Of a DNA stretch of 64,000 nucleotides, positions 46,354 to 54,934 are shown in pieces. Source of the stretch: Erythrobacter sp. Lineage in GTDB: Bacteria; Pseudomonadota; Alphaproteobacteria; Sphingomonadales; Sphingomonadaceae. Made by a program: the position numbers and the translations under genes. Position 1 is the first letter of the stretch. The number at the start of each line of letters is the position of its first letter. Where the stretch lies: NCBI RefSeq assembly GCF_039988855.1, contig NZ_JBDXIY010000006.1:53072-117071 (forward strand). The letters run 5' to 3'. The notes beneath the pieces were generated by a model. The model was not told the DNA's origin. It made no database searches and was given only the letters and a program-made list of their open reading frames with translations.

Positions 46354-47753
46354 CGGACGCTGGATGGTGCATTCACGACCACCATCTTTTCTTCGCTCAT
46401 ATCGGCCATCGTGTAACCTATACCGCCTGTTCCGAGGCCCGACTGCCGACGTCCTGCGAACGGCATCCAGTCGACGCGAAATGCGGTATGATCGTTGACC
46501 ATTACGGCTGACGCGGCCAGCGTTTCGACGCAGTAATCGGCCCAGGACATTCGGTCGGTAAACACAGCCGCCTGAAAGGCGTAGGGAAGCGCGTTCGCTT
46601 GGCCGATCGCAGCATCGACGTCGTCGTATCCGTAAATGCAGACCACAGGGCCAAACACTTCCTTGCGCGATACATCGGCGTCGCACGGCGGATCGACAAG
46701 GACCGTGGGCTGGTAAAGGGTGGAACCCATGCGCTTACCCCCTGCGGCGAGCCTGGCGCCGCCCTGAACGGCTGCATCGACCCAGGATGCGACGCGGTCG
46801 ACTTCGGCAGGACGAATGAGCGGACCGCATTGGGTTTCCGCTTTGGTCGGATCGCCCACAGTCAGCGCTTCTGCTCCCTCAGCGAGCTCGGCAGCGAAGT
46901 CCGGCAGTTCGGCGCGCGGAACGAACACGCGCTGCACCGAGACGCAGACTTGTCCAGAATGATAAAAGCCGCCTTTCAGGAGAGGAGGAATTACCTTGCC
47001 GCTTGCGACGCCCTCATCGACGAGGACTGGAGCCGCGCCACCGTGTTCCAGTGCCAGGCGGGTGCCCGGCGCCAGTTTGGAGCGGAGCATCCAGCCAACT
47101 CTGGCCGAACCGATGAAGGAGAAAAATGCCGTCCGCGAATCGATGACCATTTGTTCGGCGACCCCGTCCGAGCACGGCACGAAACGGCACCAACTTTCAT
47201 CGAGTCCGGCTTCATAAAGGATTTCGACGAAGCTCTTGCAGGAAAGGGGCGTGTCCTTGGCCGGTTTCACCAGAACAGGGCATCCGCTTGCGACTGCCGG
47301 TCCCACCTGATGGGCGATCAGGTTCAGAGGATGATTGAAAGCGGAGATCGCCACGACCGGCCCAATCGGCTCACGGAAGGTATAGGCTTTGCGTCCTGCC
47401 CCCGCCTGCGTCAGGTCCATCGGGATTTCGCGCCCGCCGCTGGCGAACAATTCGTGTATGCACAATTCGACGCTCTGAATGGCGCGACTGGTTTCCACGC
47501 GCGCGTCGACGATGGGTTTACCGCCCTCGAGCGCAATCTGCATTGCCAGTGTCTCCGCGCGCTCGCGCATCAGCCCGATGGCGCGCTGCAGGATGGCGAT
47601 GCGTTCATGCGCGGGGAGCCGCGCTTGTCGGTCTTCGTGCAGCGCGCGCGCCTCGTCGAGCCAACGATCGACTTGCGGCCAGTCGACCAGCTCAACGCTG
47701 CCAATGCATTCCTGGTCGTAGGGATTGAGGACCTGCCACGTCATTGGGGACAC
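46350..47753 (-). CDS. NAD(P)-dependent aldehyde dehydrogenase family protein
   Basis: 467 aa. LALEHGGAAP (catalytic Glu region), YHSGQVCVSVQRVFV (catalytic Cys) and KEVFGPV. Confidence 0.85.
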   Translation of the reverse strand: MSPMTWQVLNPYDQECIGSVELVDWPQVDRWLDEARALHEDRQARLPAHERIAILQRAIGLMRERAETLAMQIALEGGKPIVDARVETSRAIQSVELCIHELFASGGREIPMDLTQAGAGRKAYTFREPIGPVVAISAFNHPLNLIAHQVGPAVASGCPVLVKPAKDTPLSCKSFVEILYEAGLDESWCRFVPCSDGVAEQMVIDSRTAFFSFIGSARVGWMLRSKLAPGTRLALEHGGAAPVLVDEGVASGKVIPPLLKGGFYHSGQVCVSVQRVFVPRAELPDFAAELAEGAEALTVGDPTKAETQCGPLIRPAEVDRVASWVDAAVQGGARLAAGGKRMGSTLYQPTVLVDPPCDADVSRKEVFGPVVCIYGYDDVDAAIGQANALPYAFQAAVFTDRMSWADYCVETLAASAVMVNDHTAFRVDWMPFAGRRQSGLGTGGIGYTMADMSEEKMVVVNAPSSVR

Positions 47754-49381
47754 TCCATCGCCTTGAGTTCATCGATCAGAACCTTGCGGTTCTCGGAGTA
47801 ATCCACCGGCAAGTCGACAAGGTGAACGCCGCCGCTTTCAAACCCTTCATTCAAGGTCGGTACCAGTGCTTCGCTGCTTTCGATCCGGTGGCCCGTCGCA
47901 CCATAACTCTTCGCATAGGTAACGAAGTCGGGGTTGGCGAAGCTCAGACCGTAATCGGGAAAGCCAAGTTCTTCCTGCTTCCACCGGATCATACCGTAAG
48001 CGGAATCATTGAGGATGAGTACGACGAGGTTGAGGCCGAGCCTGACCGCGGTTTCCACCTCCTGCGAATTCATCATGAACCCGCCATCGCCGCATACGGC
48101 GAGCACGCGGCGCTCGGGCGACAGCATCGCTGCCATCATCGCCGAGGGGAGACCCGCTCCCATCGTCGCCAGCGCGTTGTCGAGCAGAATCGTGTTCGGC
48201 TCATGCGCGATATAGTTGCGGGCGAACCAGATCTTGTAGATGCCGTTGTCGAGTGCGACGATGTCGTCGCGGCCCATGACCGCCCGTACATCTGCAACGA
48301 TGCGCTGGGGCACCATCGGAAAGCGGCCATCGTCGCTGCCTTGGCGGATGTGCGCCGCGATGTCCTCATGGACTTTGGCGTAGGCTGCCGGGTCACTAGG
48401 GTGTTTGCCGCGCAGCCGGTTTCCCAGTCGCTCGACAGATCCGGCAATATCGCCGATGACTTCCAGCTGCGGGAAATAGACCTGGTCGACCTCTGCGGCC
48501 TTGTAATTTATATGGATAACAGTGCGTCCGTCAGGCTCCATGAAAAAGGGCGGTTTCTCGACCACGTCATGGCCGATATTGACGATCAGGTCTGCGCGAT
48601 CGATGGCGCAATGAACATAGTCATCCGATGATAGAGCCGCCGTTCCAAGATACAGGGGGCTTGCCTCATCAAGCACTCCCTTGCCCATTTGCGTATTGAA
48701 AAACGGAAATTGGGTGTCGTCGACGAACTTTCGGAGCGCCTTACAAGCGCTACGTCGGTTGGCCCCGGCACCAACCAGTAGCAGCGGGCGATCGGCGGCC
48801 AGAATACGCTCGGCGGCTTCGTCTAGCGCGGCATCTCCGGCCACCGCATATTGTCGGGGGTGGGGCGCCACGACAGGTTCGGAGGTTTCTTCCTCGGCAA
48901 TGTCTTCGGGCAGCTCCAGCAGAACTGCACCGGGCCGCTCTTCCTGAGCTCTCCTGAAACCCTCTCGTACGAGCGAGGGAATCCGCTCTCCATTTACGAT
49001 CTGCTTCGCCATCTTGCACAAGGGGGTAAAAAGCGAGACGACATCGACGATCTGGAACTGTGCTTGCTTCGAGACCTTGATGGGTTTCTGGCCGGTTATC
49101 ATGACCAGCGGGAAAGCGCCCAGAGCGGCATAAGCTGCGGGCGTCGTGAGGTTTGTCGCCCCTGGTCCCAGCGTGGCAAGGCATACGCCGGCGTTACCGG
49201 TAAGGCGACCGTAGGTTGCCGCCATGAACCCTGCCCCTTGCTCGTGCCGGGTAACGATCAGACGGATCGACGAGGTGCGCAGCGACTCCAGAAGATCGAG
49301 GTTTTCTTCGCCCGGAACCGCGAAGATATACTCGACGCCTTCGGCTTCCAACGCGGCGACAAGAAGATCGGATGCTTTCAT
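47741..49381 (-). CDS. Thiamine-pyrophosphate enzyme, acetolactate synthase large-subunit-like
   Basis: VEYIFAVPGEENLDLLESL, HEQGAGFMAATYGRLTG and the TPP-binding motif GDGGFMMNSQEVETAVRLGLNLVVLILND. Confidence 0.85.
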   Translation of the reverse strand: MKASDLLVAALEAEGVEYIFAVPGEENLDLLESLRTSSIRLIVTRHEQGAGFMAATYGRLTGNAGVCLATLGPGATNLTTPAAYAALGAFPLVMITGQKPIKVSKQAQFQIVDVVSLFTPLCKMAKQIVNGERIPSLVREGFRRAQEERPGAVLLELPEDIAEEETSEPVVAPHPRQYAVAGDAALDEAAERILAADRPLLLVGAGANRRSACKALRKFVDDTQFPFFNTQMGKGVLDEASPLYLGTAALSSDDYVHCAIDRADLIVNIGHDVVEKPPFFMEPDGRTVIHINYKAAEVDQVYFPQLEVIGDIAGSVERLGNRLRGKHPSDPAAYAKVHEDIAAHIRQGSDDGRFPMVPQRIVADVRAVMGRDDIVALDNGIYKIWFARNYIAHEPNTILLDNALATMGAGLPSAMMAAMLSPERRVLAVCGDGGFMMNSQEVETAVRLGLNLVVLILNDSAYGMIRWKQEELGFPDYGLSFANPDFVTYAKSYGATGHRIESSEALVPTLNEGFESGGVHLVDLPVDYSENRKVLIDELKAMECPQ

Positions 49382-49448
49382 GAAATGGTTCTCGCATTGG
49401 TGAGGGCCTGGAGGCCGTCGGTGGCAGGTCTTCTGCCCGGTTACTGAT

Positions 49449-51068
49449 TCAGGCTGTGACGGTGAATTGCCCCATCATGCCGGCGTCTTCGTGCTCGAGG
49501 ATGTGGCAGTGATACATGTAAGGCAAATCCGGGTCGGTATAGTCCTCGAACCGCAAAAGGAGCCGCACGGCTTCGCCCGGATAGACGACAACCGTGTCCT
49601 TTAGCCCCTGTTCCGTCGCATCAGGGGCCCTGCCGTTCCGGTCGAGGATACGGAACTGCACATCGTGGATGTGGAACGGATGCGCCATCATCGAGGCATT
49701 CTCGACCTGCCAGATTTCGGTGGTATTGACCCGTACTGTCTCGTCGATACGCTGCATATCCATCGATTTGCCGTTGATGGTGAAACCACCTCCACGCATC
49801 ATGCGCATTCCCATGCCCATATCGAGAACAAAACGGCGCGTGCGAACGGCATTGCCCGGATCGACCTGAGGCAAAGTAGCGAGCTGGCGAGGCATAGCGA
49901 TCGCCCGCCTGCGGCTCGCGGCCGGCTGGATATCCAGCACGATAAAGCGACGCCTTTCATCCATCATGCCGCCCATCATCCCATCGCGACGCTCCTCTTC
50001 GCCCATCATACCGCCACGGCCGCCTCGGTCGCCCATCATCCAATTGTCCGTCGGCCGGTCGGAATCGCCCACGGGTCCGGACCCTCTCATTCCCCGGCCC
50101 ATATTTCCCATACCCATGATTTCGAGCCCGTCCGCAAGCAGCGAAACCGGCCTTCCATCGCTGACATCGACGATTACCTGCGCGCGTTCGCCGGGAGCGA
50201 GAACAACATTGTCGGTTGGCAGCGGCGCAGTGAGCAAACCGCCGTCGGTTCCGATCTGATGGAAGCTGCGGCCATCGTCGAACCCGAAACGGTAAAAGCG
50301 TGCGTTCGAGCCATTGACTAGTCGCAGCCTCAAACGATCGGACTTTGCCTCGAAGACGGGCTCGACGACGCCGTTGACCAGCATCGTGTCACCCATCATT
50401 CCCATCATGATATTATGCATTCGCGTGGAGTAAATGAAGCTTCCATCGCTCGCGAACGCGCGGTCTTGAACGACCAGCGGTATATCATCGATGCCATAAT
50501 CGTTGGGAAGGTCGAACGCCTCGCTCTCGCTGTCCCGGACATAAATCATTCCGGCCAGACCCTGATAGACCTGTGGCCCCGAACGACGGTGCGCATGCGA
50601 ATGATACCAGAACATCGATGCGCGCTGGCGGACATCGAAACGCGCGGTCCAGCTGCCTCCTGGCTCGATCGGTTGATGCGGTCCGCCATCGGCGCGCGCA
50701 GGCAGATGAAAACCGTGCCAATGGACGGTCGCCGTTTCGGATAGATCGCTCGTGATATTCATACGCACCGTATCGCCCGCGTTCAGTTCAAGCGTGGGGC
50801 CGAGATAGGGCTGGTTGATGCCGATGGTCGGCGTTTCGATCCCGTCAAAAAATTGCGAGACGCCGTGGCGCAGATTGAGATCGAAAACCCGCTCGCCACT
50901 ATCTCGTTCGCCTGAATAAAGAGGAGGAATGAGAAGTTGCGAGTGCGCGGTTACCGAAGCAAGCGCCGTATTCCGGTCTGTCAACAGGTCGCGCCGGGCA
51001 TACGCGGCTATTCCCAGTGCACCTGCGCCAAGCACTGCACCGCCCAGAATAGAACGTCTGTCGATCAT
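49449..51068 (-). CDS. Multicopper oxidase (CueO-like) with a Met/Gly/Arg-rich insert
   Basis: Tat signal MIDRRSILGGAVLGAGALGIAAYA. Cu sites HWHGFH, FWYHSHAH, HPFHIHD and HCHILEHEDAGMM. The insert is MGMGNMGRGMRGSG...MMGDRGGRGGMMGEEERRDGMMGGMMDE. Confidence 0.88.
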   Translation of the reverse strand: MIDRRSILGGAVLGAGALGIAAYARRDLLTDRNTALASVTAHSQLLIPPLYSGERDSGERVFDLNLRHGVSQFFDGIETPTIGINQPYLGPTLELNAGDTVRMNITSDLSETATVHWHGFHLPARADGGPHQPIEPGGSWTARFDVRQRASMFWYHSHAHRRSGPQVYQGLAGMIYVRDSESEAFDLPNDYGIDDIPLVVQDRAFASDGSFIYSTRMHNIMMGMMGDTMLVNGVVEPVFEAKSDRLRLRLVNGSNARFYRFGFDDGRSFHQIGTDGGLLTAPLPTDNVVLAPGERAQVIVDVSDGRPVSLLADGLEIMGMGNMGRGMRGSGPVGDSDRPTDNWMMGDRGGRGGMMGEEERRDGMMGGMMDERRRFIVLDIQPAASRRRAIAMPRQLATLPQVDPGNAVRTRRFVLDMGMGMRMMRGGGFTINGKSMDMQRIDETVRVNTTEIWQVENASMMAHPFHIHDVQFRILDRNGRAPDATEQGLKDTVVVYPGEAVRLLLRFEDYTDPDLPYMYHCHILEHEDAGMMGQFTVTA

Positions 51069-51093
51069 AATGCTTCCCTTGCCCGGAGCGTCG

Positions 51094-53034
51094 TCAACCG
51101 GTTTCGGCCTGCGGCGCCCGGGCTTGCATGCCTTTCATTCTGTTGCGCCAATAACCCAGCGCGATGAGCGCGAGCGTGAGAATTTGCGCCGCCACTGGCT
51201 CAAGTGCCGGTGCGATGCCCAGAATCGGCATGCGGGGCAGATTCGGAAGCGGAGTGATGCCCAACAATCCGGCTTCCTGGAGCCCCGAAATACCCTTCCC
51301 GGCCAGAACGACGGCAAGAATGCCGATCAGAACCGAACTATACGCGAAGAATGTTCCAATTGGCAGTCGGCGGCTGTAGCGAAGCATCGCCCACGCAATC
51401 AGCGCTAGCAAGACGATTGCGGCGGCAGCGCCAGCAAGAATCGCGTCGGTATGGCCCTGACTCCAGAGCGCTGCGAAGAACAGGATCGTCTCGAAGACTT
51501 CCCGGTAAACCACGAGGAAGGCCAGCCCGAACAGAAACCATGCGGATCTGCGCGAGAGAGCGTGCTGCATGGTTTTCTGGATATAGCGTTGCCATTCGCC
51601 GGCCTGCGACTTGCCGTGCATCCATATACCGACCGACAGCAGGACGAGAGCGGCAAAAAGCGATCCGAACCCCTCCACGAGTTCACGGCCTGCTCCACTT
51701 ATGCCGATCAGGTAAGTCGCTGCCACCCAAGTCAGGCCACCGGCGACAAGGGCCGACAGCCATCCGCCATGGACGAAGGGCAAGACTTCCGTCCTCTTGG
51801 CCTTGCGCAGGAACGCGATCATCGCGATCACGATCAGCAACGCCTCGAGCCCTTCGCGCAACAAGATCGCAAAGGCTCCCGCGAATGCCGACGCCGCGCT
51901 GGCATTGTCCGGGGCGAGGACCGTCTCGACGCGGTAGAAAAGAACGTCGAGCGCATTCACCCTTTGGGCGACGGCGGCCAGCGGATCCCCGCGACCTATT
52001 GCCGCTCGAAGCTCCGCCATGCCGGTTTCGACAGATGCGAGCAGGTCTGCATCGCGCGTGCTTAAAACGGCTTCCAATGGTTCGAAGCCATCCAGATAGG
52101 CCGAGAGTGCGAGTTCGCGCGCTTCGGCCTCATTACCCGCTTCGTAAGCGGCAAGACTTTGCTGCAAGCGTTTGCGTGCCAAAGCGAGTGAGCCGGTCGT
52201 ATCGCTCGCCACGGCTTCGGGATGAGCCCGCAAATAGGCCATAACGGCATCGGCACGCTCGGTTCCGATCGCCTCGCCAAGGGTTGCCGGCGTAAGGCCG
52301 GATAGAGCGGCGAGGTCAGGAATACGCGCCCGGATTTCCGGATCGTCGTTCCAGATCCGTCTGCCGCGCTCCACATCCTCAAATGCGATCGACCCTGAAT
52401 AGTAGGCCAGGCTCCAGCGATCTTCCGCCCCGAGATCGGAAAAGCCCGGCATGGCCGTTCCCTCCAGACCCTGTCCAATGACCTGGTAGAGCGCGAAAGC
52501 GCTTCGCTCGCGGGCACGGACGACGTCGTCGAACGCGATTGGCGGGGGATCGAGTCCCTCTGCCGCGGGGCCGTCGCCTCCTCCGCTCACGCCATGACAG
52601 CTTGCGCAGTTCTGGGCGTACAGCGCGGCACCTCGCGCGAGGTCGGGTGCCGCCTCGGGAGCAAGCGGAACGGGAAACGCCGCGATCAGCTCGCTTGCCA
52701 ATCTGCGCGCGTCTCGTGCGACGACAGCAGGCTCCACCTTCGTCGAGATTGACTCGACGAGAGCCTCTGCCTCCGCAACCAGCTGGGCACGGTGCGCGTT
52801 TGCGGGCAGGGCAGCCATGCGTTCGGCTACCGAGGCAGAAAATTCCTGCATTTCGGCATACTCCAGCTCGTTCGTGACTTCACCGCCGCTAACGGCTTCG
52901 GTGTAATCCACGGCGATGTAATCGAGCAGGCGCCAGGTCGTCTGAACCGCGTCATGCGTGCCTGCAGAAGCGGGCATTGCGACTGCGATCGACAAGAAAG
53001 CGATCAATTGGACCGCAAAAGCACGTAGCGTCAT
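51094..53034 (-). CDS. Cytochrome c domain fused to an FTR1-family iron permease
   Basis: Signal peptide MTLRAFAVQLIAFLSIAVAMPASA, heme motif CASCHG, and an FTR1 membrane domain with two REXXE motifs (REGLE, REVFE). The ATG at 53034 overlaps the CDF stop (ATGA). Confidence 0.8.
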   Translation of the reverse strand: MTLRAFAVQLIAFLSIAVAMPASAGTHDAVQTTWRLLDYIAVDYTEAVSGGEVTNELEYAEMQEFSASVAERMAALPANAHRAQLVAEAEALVESISTKVEPAVVARDARRLASELIAAFPVPLAPEAAPDLARGAALYAQNCASCHGVSGGGDGPAAEGLDPPPIAFDDVVRARERSAFALYQVIGQGLEGTAMPGFSDLGAEDRWSLAYYSGSIAFEDVERGRRIWNDDPEIRARIPDLAALSGLTPATLGEAIGTERADAVMAYLRAHPEAVASDTTGSLALARKRLQQSLAAYEAGNEAEARELALSAYLDGFEPLEAVLSTRDADLLASVETGMAELRAAIGRGDPLAAVAQRVNALDVLFYRVETVLAPDNASAASAFAGAFAILLREGLEALLIVIAMIAFLRKAKRTEVLPFVHGGWLSALVAGGLTWVAATYLIGISGAGRELVEGFGSLFAALVLLSVGIWMHGKSQAGEWQRYIQKTMQHALSRRSAWFLFGLAFLVVYREVFETILFFAALWSQGHTDAILAGAAAAIVLLALIAWAMLRYSRRLPIGTFFAYSSVLIGILAVVLAGKGISGLQEAGLLGITPLPNLPRMPILGIAPALEPVAAQILTLALIALGYWRNRMKGMQARAPQAETG

Positions 53035-53693
53035 TTGGAGGCGGCCTTTCCGAGAGCCGGAGCATGTTGCGCGCGAAGTTCTTCGGTCGCGCGTTTTACA
53101 ATGAGGTAAGCCGAATGCAGGAAGATCAGGGCGATCACCGCTGCGACCAGCAGATCGGGCCAAGCTTGCCCGGTCCAGGCGACCAGGGCAGCAGCGATGA
53201 TCACTCCGACATTGGCGATCGCGTCATTGCGGCTGAACAGCCAGATCGCGGATACATGTGCGTCGCCTTCGCGAAACCGCATCAGCACAAGCGCCGCCGC
53301 GATGTTGACTATCAAGGCTGCGACGGCGATCCCGCCCATCAAGCCGGCTTCCGGCGCGACCGCGTTAAGCGATCGCCAGGCCGCCAGACCGATCACTCCG
53401 AGGCCTAGTACGCCCAGAAACAGGCCCTGTGCCAGCGCGACCCGGGCGCGCGTGCGGGCAGTCCACGCAAGAGCAAGGATGCCGATGAGCGTGATCGATC
53501 CATCGCCGATGAAGTCGAGAGCGTCGGCCTTGAGCGCTTGGCTGTCCGCCAGAAACCCGCCGAAGGCCTCGAAAACGCCAAAGCCCAGATTGAGCAATAC
53601 GACGATCCAAAGGGCGCGGCGATAGGCGGGGTCTGCGCCTGCTCTTTGCGTATCGCCTGTGCAGCCGCAATCCGATGTTTCGTTATTCGACAT
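53031..53693 (-). CDS. Cation diffusion facilitator (CDF) transporter, short form lacking a C-terminal cytoplasmic domain
   Basis: ADSQALKADALDFIGDG (TM2 metal site) and a Cys/His-containing N-terminus, MSNNETSDCGCTGD. 220 aa and six TM helices. Confidence 0.8.
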   Translation of the reverse strand: MSNNETSDCGCTGDTQRAGADPAYRRALWIVVLLNLGFGVFEAFGGFLADSQALKADALDFIGDGSITLIGILALAWTARTRARVALAQGLFLGVLGLGVIGLAAWRSLNAVAPEAGLMGGIAVAALIVNIAAALVLMRFREGDAHVSAIWLFSRNDAIANVGVIIAAALVAWTGQAWPDLLVAAVIALIFLHSAYLIVKRATEELRAQHAPALGKAASK

Positions 53694-53700
53694 GAGGCAT

Positions 53701-53731
53701 TAGGTAACACCTCTAGCAACTGTAGGAGCAA
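53701..53731 (-). promoter_or_regulatory. MerR-type promoter (19-bp spacer) for the CDF operon
   Basis: The minus strand reads TTGCTC-CTACAGTTGCTAGAGGTGT-TACCTA. An imperfect dyad, CCTACAGTTGCTAGAGG, lies in the spacer. The -10 ends 7 nt before the CDF ATG. Confidence 0.6.
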
Positions 53732-53779
53732 GCCAAAATTGCGAATGGTTCGCGGTTTCGGAGCTGGAGGAGTGAGTTC

Positions 53780-54193
53780 ATGCTTATCGGAGGTCTTTCG
53801 AAGGCGACGGGCACCAAGGTCAATACGATAAGGTTTTATGAGGATATCGGACTGATGCCCGAAGCCGCGCGTACGGCAGCGGGGCAGCGAACCTACAAAG
53901 AGCAGGACGTCGAGCGCCTTTCCTTTATTCGGCATGCTCGAAAATTGGGGTTTTCGATCGATGAAACACGCTCGCTTTTAAGCGTGAAGGCGAGACCGGA
54001 TCAGAGCTGTGACGAGGCGGGTGACATCGCTTTGCGGCACCTTCGAGCCGTGGACGAGCGCATCAGTCGGCTACAAGCGCTTCGTTCCGAACTGAGAAGT
54101 GTGGTCGCGGCCTGCACGGGCGGCGAGGTTTCCGAATGCAAAATCATCGAAACGCTTTCTCGAAACCCAGCCGCCTCTTCCGCGGGTCGCTGA
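53780..54193 (+). CDS. MerR-family heavy-metal-responsive transcriptional regulator
   Basis: HTH MLIGGLSKATGTKVNTIRFYEDIGLM, a coiled-coil, a C-terminal loop CTGGEVSEC (C-x7-C) followed by KIIETL, and an extra Cys in ..PDQSCDE.. Confidence 0.88.
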   Translation: MLIGGLSKATGTKVNTIRFYEDIGLMPEAARTAAGQRTYKEQDVERLSFIRHARKLGFSIDETRSLLSVKARPDQSCDEAGDIALRHLRAVDERISRLQALRSELRSVVAACTGGEVSECKIIETLSRNPAASSAGR

Positions 54194-54247
54194 CGCGAAA
54201 GCTATAATGGGACTATGGACACCGAACCCAGACAGCAAAAAAAGTGC

Positions 54248-54278
54248 TTGCACCTCCAGTCGCTGGAAGCGTTATCAT
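54248..54278 (+). promoter_or_regulatory. MerR-type promoter (19-bp spacer) facing the czc genes
   Basis: TTGCAC-CTCCAGTCGCTGGAAGCGT-TATCAT with the dyad TCCAG-TCG-CTGGA. By my count it matches the CDF promoter at 23 of 30 aligned positions. Confidence 0.6.
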
Positions 54279-54523
54279 CGTGATAATCCAGATTCTGATG
54301 TCGTGATCTAGGATTGGATGGCTGATTATGACGGAACTTGGGTAATTTGAATATTAATCAGCTTTCGCCTTATAAGAACGCTGCATTCATTCCATGGAAT
54401 TTGGTCGAAAAAGAAACTACTCGAACAATATTCATTGTCCGGACGCTTCGTGACAATATCACATTACAGCAACCGAGAAGATTTTTGTTTCAACTTTCGT
54501 TTCACCTTGTTAGGGGCCACAGG

Positions 54524-54871
54524 ATGTTCGATCTGAACGCCTTGATTCCCGTCAGGATTGTCGCCGCCCTTTTGGCGGTCGCAGCGCTGATGGCGTCTCC
54601 GGCGGTCGAAGCAGCGCAATGTGCGGACGAGCTGTCAGAAATAGCCTATTCGGTCCAGATGTTCGACATTGATGCGGACGAGAGCCCGCAAAACGAAAGC
54701 CCGGAGCAGCAGGAATGCGCCCACGGGCATTGCCATCACGTCGCCGCAGCACTGAAATCGAAGCTTTTAAACGACATGCCCGACCGGCTTAACATCACGG
54801 TTGGGTCGCATATGGCCGAAGAATTATTCGGCGATGCGAGCAATTTACCCAAACGCCCTCCTCGCGCCTGA
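54524..54871 (+). CDS. Small secreted Cys/His protein upstream of czcCBA (CzcI-like position)
   Basis: From ATG 54524: a signal peptide ..LMASPAVEAAQC and a HGHCHH motif. 115 aa. The function is inferred from position only. Confidence 0.45.
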   Translation: MFDLNALIPVRIVAALLAVAALMASPAVEAAQCADELSEIAYSVQMFDIDADESPQNESPEQQECAHGHCHHVAAALKSKLLNDMPDRLNITVGSHMAEELFGDASNLPKRPPRA

Positions 54872-54934
54872 CGACCGTCACTGCGCTGCTTGACGCAGCG
54901 CATTTCGATTTGTCAGCAGAGAGAGTTTTGAAAA

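Noticed and set aside
54338-54523. N-terminal extension of the track ORF 54338..54871 (MGNLNINQLSPYKNAAF..).
   Set aside because: It needs a non-ATG start, is AT-rich with atypical codon usage, and precedes a clear internal ATG plus signal peptide at 54524. I treated it as leader sequence rather than coding.
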